Shown here: positions 1-7,956 of the stretch, in pieces
Numbering within the stretch: position 1 is the stretch's first letter
Layout: each line of letters begins with the position of its first letter
NCBI GenBank assembly: GCA_041650935.1
Contig: JBAZKH010000001.1
Location: 347,337-411,336, forward strand
Origin: Candidatus Omnitrophota bacterium
GTDB taxonomy: Bacteria; Omnitrophota; Gorgyraeia; 2-01-FULL-45-10
Direction: 5' to 3'
DNA length: 64,000 bases
The notes under the pieces: generated by a model
Seen by the model: the letters and a program-made list of their open reading frames with translations, nothing else
The model's database searches: none
What the model was told of the DNA's origin: nothing
Made by a program: the position numbers and the translations under genes

Positions 1-50
1 GCAACGTATATAAAGTAATACTCGTAACGGTGAGCTGGGATAAATAACGG

Positions 51-539
51 ATGGATCGCAAAGGCGTAACGCTGGTCGAATTTATCGTTGTAGTAGTCAT
101 AAGCGGCTTCATAGTCGTGGCGATAGCCTGCCAGTTTGTCGCGGAGTTGACTTTCCGGCAACTGATATCGGATCAAGTTTTCGTCACAAGCGAATCCGCT
201 ATAGCGATGCGCCATATGGTGAGGGTCCTCAGGTACGCGGATCCGTCCAAGACCGTAACCACAGGCGCCAATAAAGTCGAGGTTACCATCGACCATAAGG
301 CCGCGGGCGATAACCTGCCGGAGATAACGGCCAATACCGCGGTCGCTTACCGTCTTAACGGCGCTTTGCTTGAATACCGGTGCGGCTCAGGCGGCTCATA
401 TCGTAAGATCGCCGATAACATATCGGCTTTTTCGTCATCGTGGGATTCCGATAGTATATTGACGCTGGCGCTTACTGCAAAGAAAAAGACGAGGAGCTGT
501 CCGTTAGAGACGAAAGTCCGTTTTCTGGGAGGCGCATGA
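51..539 (+). CDS. Prepilin-type N-terminal cleavage/methylation domain protein (minor pilin/pseudopilin)
   Basis: N-terminus KGVTLVEFIVVVVISG matches the G|FTLxE prepilin motif followed by a hydrophobic helix. It lies in the pilin/pilMNOPQ neighbourhood. Confidence 0.5.
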   Translation: MDRKGVTLVEFIVVVVISGFIVVAIACQFVAELTFRQLISDQVFVTSESAIAMRHMVRVLRYADPSKTVTTGANKVEVTIDHKAAGDNLPEITANTAVAYRLNGALLEYRCGSGGSYRKIADNISAFSSSWDSDSILTLALTAKKKTRSCPLETKVRFLGGA

Positions 540-1531
540 TAGAAAAAGGCATGGCGGGCAATAGAGGCGCGGTCCTTTTGATGGTGATAATATTCGTGAT
601 GGTTACGATAATCGCCGGCGCCGCGCTCTATTTCTCTGTCTATAATTCATATAAATCGTGCGGTATAGGCGAGGTCAATAGGGTGGAGGACTACTATATA
701 GCATACGCCGGCCTTAGTTACGCGTCTATGCTCCTTGCGGATCCGCGAGGCAATTTTGGTTTTTCCACGCTCCAAACCGGTGATAACGAGGGCCCGAAGA
801 CGATCGAGATCAGTTCATCGCAGAATAATACGATGTGGAGGAACCTTGGCCTTACCGGAAACCGGAAGATATCTATTGCCGTAACGGAAGATTCGAGTAC
901 CAGGAAATATAAAGTAGCTTCTACCTCAGGCGGCGTAACGGTATACGATCTCATGGGTCTTTATATAGCTATCCCCAGGACGGGCCAGACGACATGCTAT
1001 GTTGCGGGCGATGACGGTACTTATAATACAGGCGGCCCGGCCTCCGGGACCGAATATTCTTACGATGCTGCCACCGGCATCCTTACCGATAACGTTACGG
1101 GCCTTATGTGGGCGACTAAAAATCAAGGTATTAATGTTACGTGGACGGATGCTATAAAGAAGTGTGGCGAATGTACTGCCGGCGGCTTCCGGGGCTGGAG
1201 GTTGCCTAATATAAAGGAGCTCTTGACGCTGGTCAATTACGGGCATCAAGTCAGGATAGAAGCCGGGGGCCAGCAAGGTTTCGCGTATGGCGAGACGACG
1301 GCAGAGGACGGTGTAGTCGCTTATGATTTCAGTCCGTGGCCTTTAAATACCGACGAGGAGACCCAATATTGGAGCAGTACGACGGCTTTTATCAATACTA
1401 GCCTGTCGTGGTCCGATAACCGCGCGTTTTGCGTTAATTTCGGAACAGGGTTGGTTGTCCATAATAGTATGAAAGATAGTACGAAACCGAAAGATTTACA
1501 ATTTTATATACCGGTCCGCGATAATACGTAA
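536..1531 (+). CDS. PilX/GspK-like minor pseudopilin fused to a C-terminal DUF1566 (Lcl_C, C-type-lectin-like) domain
   Basis: N-terminus NRGAVLLMVIIFVMVTIIAG resembles the GspK/PilX QRG(V/A)ALI... anchor. The C-terminal half carries DUF1566 hallmarks (DNVTGLMW, WRLPNIKELLTLVNYGH, AFCVNFGTG). It overlaps the upstream pseudopilin by 4 nt. Confidence 0.5.
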   Translation: MIEKGMAGNRGAVLLMVIIFVMVTIIAGAALYFSVYNSYKSCGIGEVNRVEDYYIAYAGLSYASMLLADPRGNFGFSTLQTGDNEGPKTIEISSSQNNTMWRNLGLTGNRKISIAVTEDSSTRKYKVASTSGGVTVYDLMGLYIAIPRTGQTTCYVAGDDGTYNTGGPASGTEYSYDAATGILTDNVTGLMWATKNQGINVTWTDAIKKCGECTAGGFRGWRLPNIKELLTLVNYGHQVRIEAGGQQGFAYGETTAEDGVVAYDFSPWPLNTDEETQYWSSTTAFINTSLSWSDNRAFCVNFGTGLVVHNSMKDSTKPKDLQFYIPVRDNT

Positions 1532-1547
1532 GACAGAAGAGGTAAAC

Positions 1548-2258
1548 ATGAAGACTCTGTTCTTGGCAGTATTTCTGTTATTAGCAGGTTCGCTATCTTT
1601 CGCGGATACGGACAGCGTAACGTTAAGGACAATAGTGTCTAAGACGGTTACTATCAAGGGTGTCCCTAAAACGGGACAGGCCGGCTATGTCTACTATAAC
1701 GGTGATGACGGCACGTATAATAAAGGTTATCCGCCCTCCGGCGAAGAATTTTTTTACAATAGCGCTAATGGTATCCTCTATGATAACGCTACAGGGCTCA
1801 TGTGGGCCGTAGGCAATCAAGCCAAAGGATATACCTGGCCAAACGCTATAACTTTTTGTGAAAGTTGCAAAGCGGGTGGCTTTGAAGATTGGAGACTGCC
1901 GAACATAAAAGAGCTCTTGACGCTGGTCAATTACGGGCACCAGCTTTATGGTAATAACTGGGCCGGATATGCGTATGGAGAGACGACGGTGATAGATCGC
2001 TTTTTTACAGCGAGTTCTATACCATGGCAGCTCTTTTCTTATGATACTTCCAGCGGTTATGAGCCAAACTACAGATATTGGAGCAGTACCACAGCTAAGA
2101 AGCTAACAACAAAAAAAAGCAAACTTGAGACAAACCACGCGTTTTGCGTAAACTTTGGTTCCGGCAGGACTCAGCACAGGGAGAAAAAGTACACCTATAC
2201 TGGAACCAGTAAGGATGTTGTATATAATTGCGCTATACCGGTCCGCGGCCCGGATTAA
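1548..2258 (+). CDS. Secreted DUF1566 (Lcl_C) domain protein, paralog of the upstream gene
   Basis: Signal peptide MKTLFLAVFLLLAGSLSFA. DUF1566 motifs present (TGLMWA, WRLPNIKELLTLVNYGH, AFCVNFGSG). A 30-nt stretch is identical to the upstream paralog. Confidence 0.6.
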   Translation: MKTLFLAVFLLLAGSLSFADTDSVTLRTIVSKTVTIKGVPKTGQAGYVYYNGDDGTYNKGYPPSGEEFFYNSANGILYDNATGLMWAVGNQAKGYTWPNAITFCESCKAGGFEDWRLPNIKELLTLVNYGHQLYGNNWAGYAYGETTVIDRFFTASSIPWQLFSYDTSSGYEPNYRYWSSTTAKKLTTKKSKLETNHAFCVNFGSGRTQHREKKYTYTGTSKDVVYNCAIPVRGPD

Positions 2259-2276
2259 AAGAAAAATTTTGGCATC

Positions 2277-2305
2277 TTGACGATATAAGATTTATCAGGT
2301 ATACT
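2277..2305 (+). promoter_or_regulatory. Sigma70-like promoter (TTGACG-N17-TATACT) upstream of the first pilin gene
   Basis: TTGACG at 2277-2282, 17-nt spacer, TATACT at 2300-2305, about 120 nt upstream of the ATG at 2427. Confidence 0.35.
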
Positions 2306-2426
2306 TTTATTAAGGCTATCCATATAGGCCTTAGTTAGGAAATTAGAAATATAGCTATTGGCTTGTATGGATATTTTATGGTCTTTAAAACGCGCCCAAT
2401 CCTGGGAGAAAGGAAGGTGATTCGAT

Positions 2427-2765
2427 ATGTTGATAAAGATGAGGGAGAAAGGCTTTACGCTCGTTGAAATAATGATAGTTGTCGCAATCATCGGTCTATT
2501 AGCGGCGATAGCCATTCCGAACTTCGTCAGGGCCAGGCAGAAGGCCCAGCAGGAAGCGTGTATAGCCAACCTGAGGCAGATAGAAGGCGCCGAACAGGTA
2601 TGGGCAGTGGATGAAGGCAAGGCAGATACCGATACGCCCACATGGGCTAACCTTGTCCCTAATTACATAAGGACGACACCGGCTTGCAAAGCTGGCGGAG
2701 CGTATACGCTTTCGGCGGTCAATGGAAGACCTTCGTGTAATATTACCAATCACACGCTTCCATAA
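2427..2765 (+). CDS. Type IV pilin-like protein (prepilin-type N-terminal methylation domain)
   Basis: Leader MLIKMREKG|FTLVEIMIVVAIIGLLAAIAIPNF is a classic class III signal/prepilin motif. The protein is small (112 aa). Confidence 0.7.
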   Translation: MLIKMREKGFTLVEIMIVVAIIGLLAAIAIPNFVRARQKAQQEACIANLRQIEGAEQVWAVDEGKADTDTPTWANLVPNYIRTTPACKAGGAYTLSAVNGRPSCNITNHTLP

Positions 2766-2806
2766 CGCGCGAGTTCGTAATGGTAATCATGTTTCAATGA
2801 AAAATA

Positions 2807-2850
2807 CAAATAGGGTCCGGCCCCAAATAGGGTCCGGCCCTTTTTGTTTT
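2807..2850 (+). terminator. Direct repeat (AAATAGGGTCCGGCCC x2) followed by a T-tract; probable intrinsic terminator after the pilin gene
   Basis: aaatagggtccggcccc at 2808-2824 repeated at 2825-2840, then tttttgtttt. GC-rich CCGG-centred segments can fold. Confidence 0.35.
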
Positions 2851-2903
2851 GTCTCTCTTCCCTTGACAAAGCCCCGCTCTTATGATAACTTTATATAAAT
2901 ATT

Positions 2904-3260
2904 ATGTATATATTTAGATATAAAGGCTTTACCCTTATCGAAATAATGATCGTCGTCGCTATTATCGCGATTGCGCTGGCGATTGCCATCCCGAATTTCT
3001 TCCGGATAAGCGCCGTCTCTAAGCAGACCGTCTGTATAAATAATCTCAGGAAGATAACCGCGGCAGTCGAGCAGTGGGCGATAGATAACAATATCGCTTC
3101 AGGCGCTAATATCACGACGACCCAGGAAAGCGATATCTATTCCAGCTACCTTCGCGGCGGTAAACCCAAATGTCCGTCCGGCGGGGATTATCTGTTGAAT
3201 CCTGTCGGCACGAATCCCCAGGCACAATGTACTTACGAGGAAGAGGGGCATAAGATATGA
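2904..3260 (+). CDS. Type IV pilin-like protein (second PilA-like paralog)
   Basis: MYIFRYKG|FTLIEIMIVVAIIAIALAIAIPNF prepilin motif. Its stop overlaps the pilM start. Confidence 0.7.
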   Translation: MYIFRYKGFTLIEIMIVVAIIAIALAIAIPNFFRISAVSKQTVCINNLRKITAAVEQWAIDNNIASGANITTTQESDIYSSYLRGGKPKCPSGGDYLLNPVGTNPQAQCTYEEEGHKI

Positions 3261-4264
3261 CGGCCGGCAGCGTAAACAGGGCGGCTATTGATATCGGAAC
3301 CTCTTGTATCAAAATTCTCCAGGCCGCCGGCCCGGCCGACAAACCTGTTGTGAGCGCTGTCGGTTATAAAGAGATCGCCGGCCTTCCCGCCGACGGGATC
3401 GCCGATGCGTTAAAGTCGCTTGTCCAGGAATCCCAGATAAACGCCAAAGATGCCGTTGTCTCGATATCGGGCCCGTCAGTCATAGTCAGGTTCATTTCCC
3501 TGCCCAAGATGGACGAAGCGGCCCTTAAAGGAGCTATACGATATGAGGCCGAAAAGTTCATACCTTACAATATCAGCGATTGCATTATCGACTTTCAAAC
3601 CCTGCGAAAAGACGATAAAGAGAACAAGTTAAATGTGCTGTTGGTAGCCGCGAAACGGGAATATGTCGAGACCAGGATAGGGCTTATAGAGGGCGCCGGA
3701 TTTTCTGTAAAATTGATAGACGTCGACAGTTTCGCGCTTGCCAATGCATTCCGGCGGAATGTTCCCTCGCCGGACCCGGGTAAATCCTGCGCTATCCTGA
3801 ATATAGGGGGCGCTCATACTAATGTTAGTATTTTGAAGGGTGAGTTGATATATTTTGCCCGGGATATCATTATGGGCGGAAATGATTTTACCGCCGCGAT
3901 AGCCAAGAAGCTGGGAATAGGACAGCGGGAGGCGGAGGAGTTTAAGATACAGCCGCCGAAAGAGAAAGAGCCGGATGTGCTGGAATGCGTCAGGGCGGTC
4001 TTCAATGATTTGCTCGATGAGATCAAGCTTTCGTTCGGCTATTACGAGAATCAGGCCGGCAAAGGGATCGATGAGGTCTATATATCCGGCGGTACGGCGA
4101 ATATTATGGGATTGGAAAGCATATTTGTCGAGACGCTGGAATCGAAACCGCTGTTTTGGAATCCTCTCGACTTTGCGGATATGTCCGCCGTTGCCGCAAA
4201 GGCAGACTTTTTTGACAAACGGAAAAACCAGTTTTGTATAGCGGCCGGCTTACTGTCGAGATAA
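3257..4264 (+). CDS. pilM: Type IV pilus assembly ATPase-like protein PilM
   Basis: AIDIGTSCIKIL actin-like N-terminus typical of PilM. About 335 aa, first gene of the pilMNOPQ order. Confidence 0.8.
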   Translation: MTAGSVNRAAIDIGTSCIKILQAAGPADKPVVSAVGYKEIAGLPADGIADALKSLVQESQINAKDAVVSISGPSVIVRFISLPKMDEAALKGAIRYEAEKFIPYNISDCIIDFQTLRKDDKENKLNVLLVAAKREYVETRIGLIEGAGFSVKLIDVDSFALANAFRRNVPSPDPGKSCAILNIGGAHTNVSILKGELIYFARDIIMGGNDFTAAIAKKLGIGQREAEEFKIQPPKEKEPDVLECVRAVFNDLLDEIKLSFGYYENQAGKGIDEVYISGGTANIMGLESIFVETLESKPLFWNPLDFADMSAVAAKADFFDKRKNQFCIAAGLLSR

Positions 4265-4277
4265 AAGGCGTCCTGTT

Positions 4278-4976
4278 ATGATAACGATAAATCTACTGCC
4301 GGAAGAACGCAGGGAAAAAGAATCTTCGCTGTCGAAGTTTACCCTGACTTTCAAAGGGCAGGAGGGGCTCTTCAGGAATCTTGCCATAGCGGCTCTCGCC
4401 GCCCTGATCTGCATGCACATAGTATTATTTTTTGTCGGGGCCAGAAGTACGGCGACCGCCAAGGCCATGTCGCAGAAATACATTGCTCTTGCCCCGGCCA
4501 GGAGAGAATACGAGGCATTGATAACGGAGGTGAGCGTAGCGAACAGGAAGGCAAAGGCTATAGACGACCTTATGGCAAACCGTTTCAGCTGGGCGCAGAA
4601 GCTGAATGAACTGAGTGATTGCGTAGCGCAGGGTGTGTGGCTTACTAATATATCTTATGATGAAAAGCCGAGCGAGGTCTCGGTGCAGGTAAAAGCGGCC
4701 TCGCTTATGAACGGGAAGAAAGAGATAACCAAGACAGAGACCCGGACGCTGAACTTGCGGTACCTGAATATATCCGGATATGCATCGAGCATGGGAGAGC
4801 AGGGGACTGCGCTGATCGGAAAGTTCATCCAGGGCATGAAGGATAACCCATCGTTTTTCCGGGATTTCATCGACATAAAGCTCGAGTCGATAAAATCGGA
4901 AAAGATATTCGACCAGGAAGTGATGAGTTTTAAAATCACATGCTTTTTTAAAACGGGCGGCGGCGCCGTAAAATGA
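4278..4976 (+). CDS. pilN: Type IV pilus assembly protein PilN
   Basis: Starts MITINLLPEER (INLLP signature). Single TM helix. Position after pilM. Confidence 0.7.
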   Translation: MITINLLPEERREKESSLSKFTLTFKGQEGLFRNLAIAALAALICMHIVLFFVGARSTATAKAMSQKYIALAPARREYEALITEVSVANRKAKAIDDLMANRFSWAQKLNELSDCVAQGVWLTNISYDEKPSEVSVQVKAASLMNGKKEITKTETRTLNLRYLNISGYASSMGEQGTALIGKFIQGMKDNPSFFRDFIDIKLESIKSEKIFDQEVMSFKITCFFKTGGGAVK

Positions 4977-5539
4977 ATCTGGGGATAAAATTCAAAGATA
5001 CTAAACAGATAATGCTGGTGGCCGCTTTGGGCGGTGTCCTGATACTGGTCCTATACCTTAAGCTGCTGCTCGTGCCGCAGATACGGAATGTCGCGAAGGA
5101 GTACGAGCGGGCGAGAAAACTGCGTGTCGATGTTACGACGGCGGAGCGCGATATTTCGAGTGTAGACAGCCTAAAGAAACAGATGGCGCAGTATCGTACT
5201 AAGATCGAAAGTTATGAGTCGATGCTGCCTGTCGAGCAGGAGATCCCTAAGCTTCTGGAGGACCTGTCGAGCATGGCCAAGAGATCCGGCGTCAAGATAG
5301 TAGGGATAACGCCGCTGCAGTCCGGAGAGGAAGCCCGCGAAGGGATATACCAGGAGATACCCATACTCGTAAACGCAAGATCCGGCTATCATGAATTGGG
5401 AAAATTTTTGTCCGAACTGGAGAACGCCAGCCGTTTTATGAAAGTCGTCGACCTGGAATTAAAAGAGAATAAGTCTGCTCCCAAAAGGCACGATGTAGAG
5501 GTGCTGGTCGCGACATATAAGCTGATAGGACTTAAATAA
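4973..5539 (+). CDS. pilO: Type IV pilus assembly protein PilO
   Basis: N-terminal TM plus coiled-coil. Overlaps pilN by 4 nt. Position in the pilMNOPQ order. Confidence 0.6.
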   Translation: MNLGIKFKDTKQIMLVAALGGVLILVLYLKLLLVPQIRNVAKEYERARKLRVDVTTAERDISSVDSLKKQMAQYRTKIESYESMLPVEQEIPKLLEDLSSMAKRSGVKIVGITPLQSGEEAREGIYQEIPILVNARSGYHELGKFLSELENASRFMKVVDLELKENKSAPKRHDVEVLVATYKLIGLK

Positions 5540-5540
5540 T

Positions 5541-5915
5541 ATGTCCAGGAAATTCTTTCCGGCAATTTTAGTTTTAAGCATTTTCATTTATCCGGTCTCG
5601 GTGGAGGCCGAAGGGTTCAGGTATGACCCGCACGGAAAGCGTGATCCGATGGTGCCGCTGATAGGCCAGGAGAAGACGGTCGGAGCCGCTATTCCGCTTT
5701 CCGAGGTAGTCTCTATAGATGATGTGAAACTGGAAGGCGTTGTGGCTCAGATGTCAGGACACAGCATGGCGGTAATGAATGGTGAGCTGGTAAAGGAAGG
5801 TTTCAAATCAGGAGAGCTTGAGGTTAAGAAGGTTTTGAAAAAATCCGTAATGCTTACTATAAGCGGAAAAGAATATAAGGTCAATTTGCCCGAAGAAGGA
5901 GGCCAGAAAGAGTGA
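5541..5915 (+). CDS. pilP: PilP-like small lipoprotein/periplasmic protein
   Basis: Signal peptide, 124 aa, immediately upstream of and overlapping the secretin gene. Confidence 0.45.
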   Translation: MSRKFFPAILVLSIFIYPVSVEAEGFRYDPHGKRDPMVPLIGQEKTVGAAIPLSEVVSIDDVKLEGVVAQMSGHSMAVMNGELVKEGFKSGELEVKKVLKKSVMLTISGKEYKVNLPEEGGQKE

Positions 5916-7657
5916 ATAAGAAAGCCGGCGGGATATTTATCGTATTAGCGTTACTTTTTCTGACGGGCCTGTCATTTGCGCAGGACGACAAGCCGCTTTC
6001 CGAAACGCCGGAGTCTCCCGCTAAAGAGGCGCCTGCCGAAGCTCCGCCGGCACCCGTCGAAACTAAACCTGCCGGGACTGCCGCGGTCACTCCGCCTGAA
6101 CCTGCGCCGGCGCGGCCGGATGAGGCGGTTGCGGTCACTCCGCCTGCCGAGGCGGCGAAGCCGATTGAGCCTGCTGTTTCAAGCCCATCCGCCGAAGAGG
6201 CGCCCGCCGAGGAGAAGAAGGAAGACCTTTCTGCCTCGCCGGTCGAACCCGGCAACGTGACGGTGAATTTTAAAGGAGCGGATATCAAGACGGTCCTTGC
6301 TTATATCTCGGAAGTTTCCGGAGTGGATATAGTCCCCGCACCAGATGTAAAAGGGGTCGTAGATCTGAAATTGACGAATAAGCCATGGAAAGTCGCTCTC
6401 GATATAATCCTGAGAAATTACGGGTTCGCGTATGAGCGGGAGGGGGATATCATAAGGGTTGTGACCGTGAGCCAGCTGAAGCAGGAAGAGCTTGCCTCCC
6501 AGGCTTACAATTTGAATTACAGTAAATGCAAAGACGTAGTCGATTCCATAAAGAATATAGTAAGCGAAAAAGGCAAGGTAACGTATGATGAGAGGACGAA
6601 TACGGTCATCGTCACTGATATACCGACAAATCTTTACAAGATAAGCCAGATAATCTCAAGGCTCGATAAGAAGACCCAGCAGGTCCTTATCGAGGCAAGG
6701 GTGATCGAGACGGTGCTTGATGACAGCGAAAAACTCGGTATCGACTGGAATGTCAAGGTAAGCGCGTCGGGCGCAAAGCGGCCTATAACGTTCCCGTTCG
6801 AACAGTTTAAAGCCGGGTTTGGTAAGGATCAAGAAGGGTTGAATTATTTCCCGCAGGTTTTGACCAGTAGCCCGCAGTCGGCTATCGGCGGGTCCGGTGT
6901 TGCCACCACTACATTAGCCGCGGAGTTTCCAAGCACCGCAAGCGGCACATTTGCTTTTCCCTATGCTACAACGGATGACTTTAAGTTCGGCACTCTCGAC
7001 TTCAGCGAGTTTACCGCCGTACTGGAGATGCTTAAATCGAGGTCGAATACAGATACGGTTTCTAACCCGAGGATCGCCACGCTTAATAACCATGAAGCGC
7101 TCATCAATGTCGGCCAGACTCTTAACCTTCCGAAATACGAAAGGAACTCCTCGACCGGCAAGATGGAAATAACCGGTTACGATCCGAAAGACCTGGGCAT
7201 AATATTGAAGGTAACCCCTCATATAAACGATGTTAACGAGATAGTCGTCGATCTTGAGCCGCAGATATCGAGCCTTTTGCGCTATGACACTCTGGATGCT
7301 GCCAGCGGAGTCGTGGCGCCGGTCTTTTCCTCGAGAACGGCAAAGACGCAGGTCATGATAAAAGATAACCAGACTATTTTTATCGGCGGCCTGATACAGG
7401 AGAGCGATGTCGATACGAAGAAGAAGCTCCCGATCATAGGGGACGTTCTGGGAGATGTCCCGTATCTGGGAATGCTCGTTTCGAAAAAGGAGACCATAAA
7501 ACAGAAGACAGAGCTCATATTTTTCATAACGGTTAATATGATGCTGGGAGACCAGGAAGTTAAAGGTACGCCAAAGAGCGAAAATATCTATAACCCGGCC
7601 TTTACTCTTATGAAGACTGCGGGCAAGATTCCCAAAAAGAAGGAAAAAAAGAGATAA
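5912..7657 (+). CDS. pilQ: Type IV pilus secretin PilQ
   Basis: GTG start with RBS. Signal peptide. Pro/Ala/Glu-rich linker. Secretin_N (NFKGADIKTVLAYISEVSGVDIV). C-terminal secretin domain (LPIIGDVLGDVPYLGMLVSKKETIKQKTELIFFITVNMM). Confidence 0.85.
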   Translation: MNKKAGGIFIVLALLFLTGLSFAQDDKPLSETPESPAKEAPAEAPPAPVETKPAGTAAVTPPEPAPARPDEAVAVTPPAEAAKPIEPAVSSPSAEEAPAEEKKEDLSASPVEPGNVTVNFKGADIKTVLAYISEVSGVDIVPAPDVKGVVDLKLTNKPWKVALDIILRNYGFAYEREGDIIRVVTVSQLKQEELASQAYNLNYSKCKDVVDSIKNIVSEKGKVTYDERTNTVIVTDIPTNLYKISQIISRLDKKTQQVLIEARVIETVLDDSEKLGIDWNVKVSASGAKRPITFPFEQFKAGFGKDQEGLNYFPQVLTSSPQSAIGGSGVATTTLAAEFPSTASGTFAFPYATTDDFKFGTLDFSEFTAVLEMLKSRSNTDTVSNPRIATLNNHEALINVGQTLNLPKYERNSSTGKMEITGYDPKDLGIILKVTPHINDVNEIVVDLEPQISSLLRYDTLDAASGVVAPVFSSRTAKTQVMIKDNQTIFIGGLIQESDVDTKKKLPIIGDVLGDVPYLGMLVSKKETIKQKTELIFFITVNMMLGDQEVKGTPKSENIYNPAFTLMKTAGKIPKKKEKKR

Positions 7658-7689
7658 AAATAAAGTTAACTTTTAAAAAGACCGCGGAT

Positions 7690-7956
7690 ATGCGGTTCAT
7701 TTCGCATCTGGATTTAGTGAGGTTGTTCCAAAGAGCTTTGCGCAGGGCCGGCCTTCCTGTTACAATCACCAAAGGTTTTACTCCCCGCCTTAAGGTGAGC
7801 ATAACCCGGGCATTGAAGTTAGGCGTCGAGAGCGAAAGCGAGGAAGCGGTAGTGTGGATGGACGAGCCGGTGGCGCGAGAAAAGATTATGGATGCTATAA
7901 ACGAACAATTGCCGGAAGGAGTTAAAGTGACCGGCGCCGAAGGAGACGTATCATAA
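7690..7956 (+). CDS. Short DUF2344/TIGR03936-like (radical-SAM-linked) protein
   Basis: RFISHLDLVRLFQRALRRAGLPV...GFTPRLKVSITRALKLGVESESE matches the N-terminal signature of the DUF2344 family commonly found beside rng. Only 88 aa; it overlaps the rng start. Confidence 0.4.
   Translation: MRFISHLDLVRLFQRALRRAGLPVTITKGFTPRLKVSITRALKLGVESESEEAVVWMDEPVAREKIMDAINEQLPEGVKVTGAEGDVS

Noticed and set aside
536-2258. The two DUF1566 genes as a DGR template/variable repeat pair of each other
   Set aside because: Their nucleotide differences are not restricted to adenine positions and include indels. They are ordinary diverged paralogs. DGR targeting by a template elsewhere remains untested.
2861-2900. 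TTGACA at 2863-2868 as the promoter for the second pilin
   Set aside because: No acceptable -10 hexamer at 16-18 nt spacing. TATGAT sits at 12 nt and TATATA at 23 nt. I left it unannotated.
5976-6260. Arg-rich 94-aa + strand ORF
   Set aside because: Alternative frame through the Pro/Ala/Glu-rich linker of pilQ. It is an artefact of low-complexity sequence.
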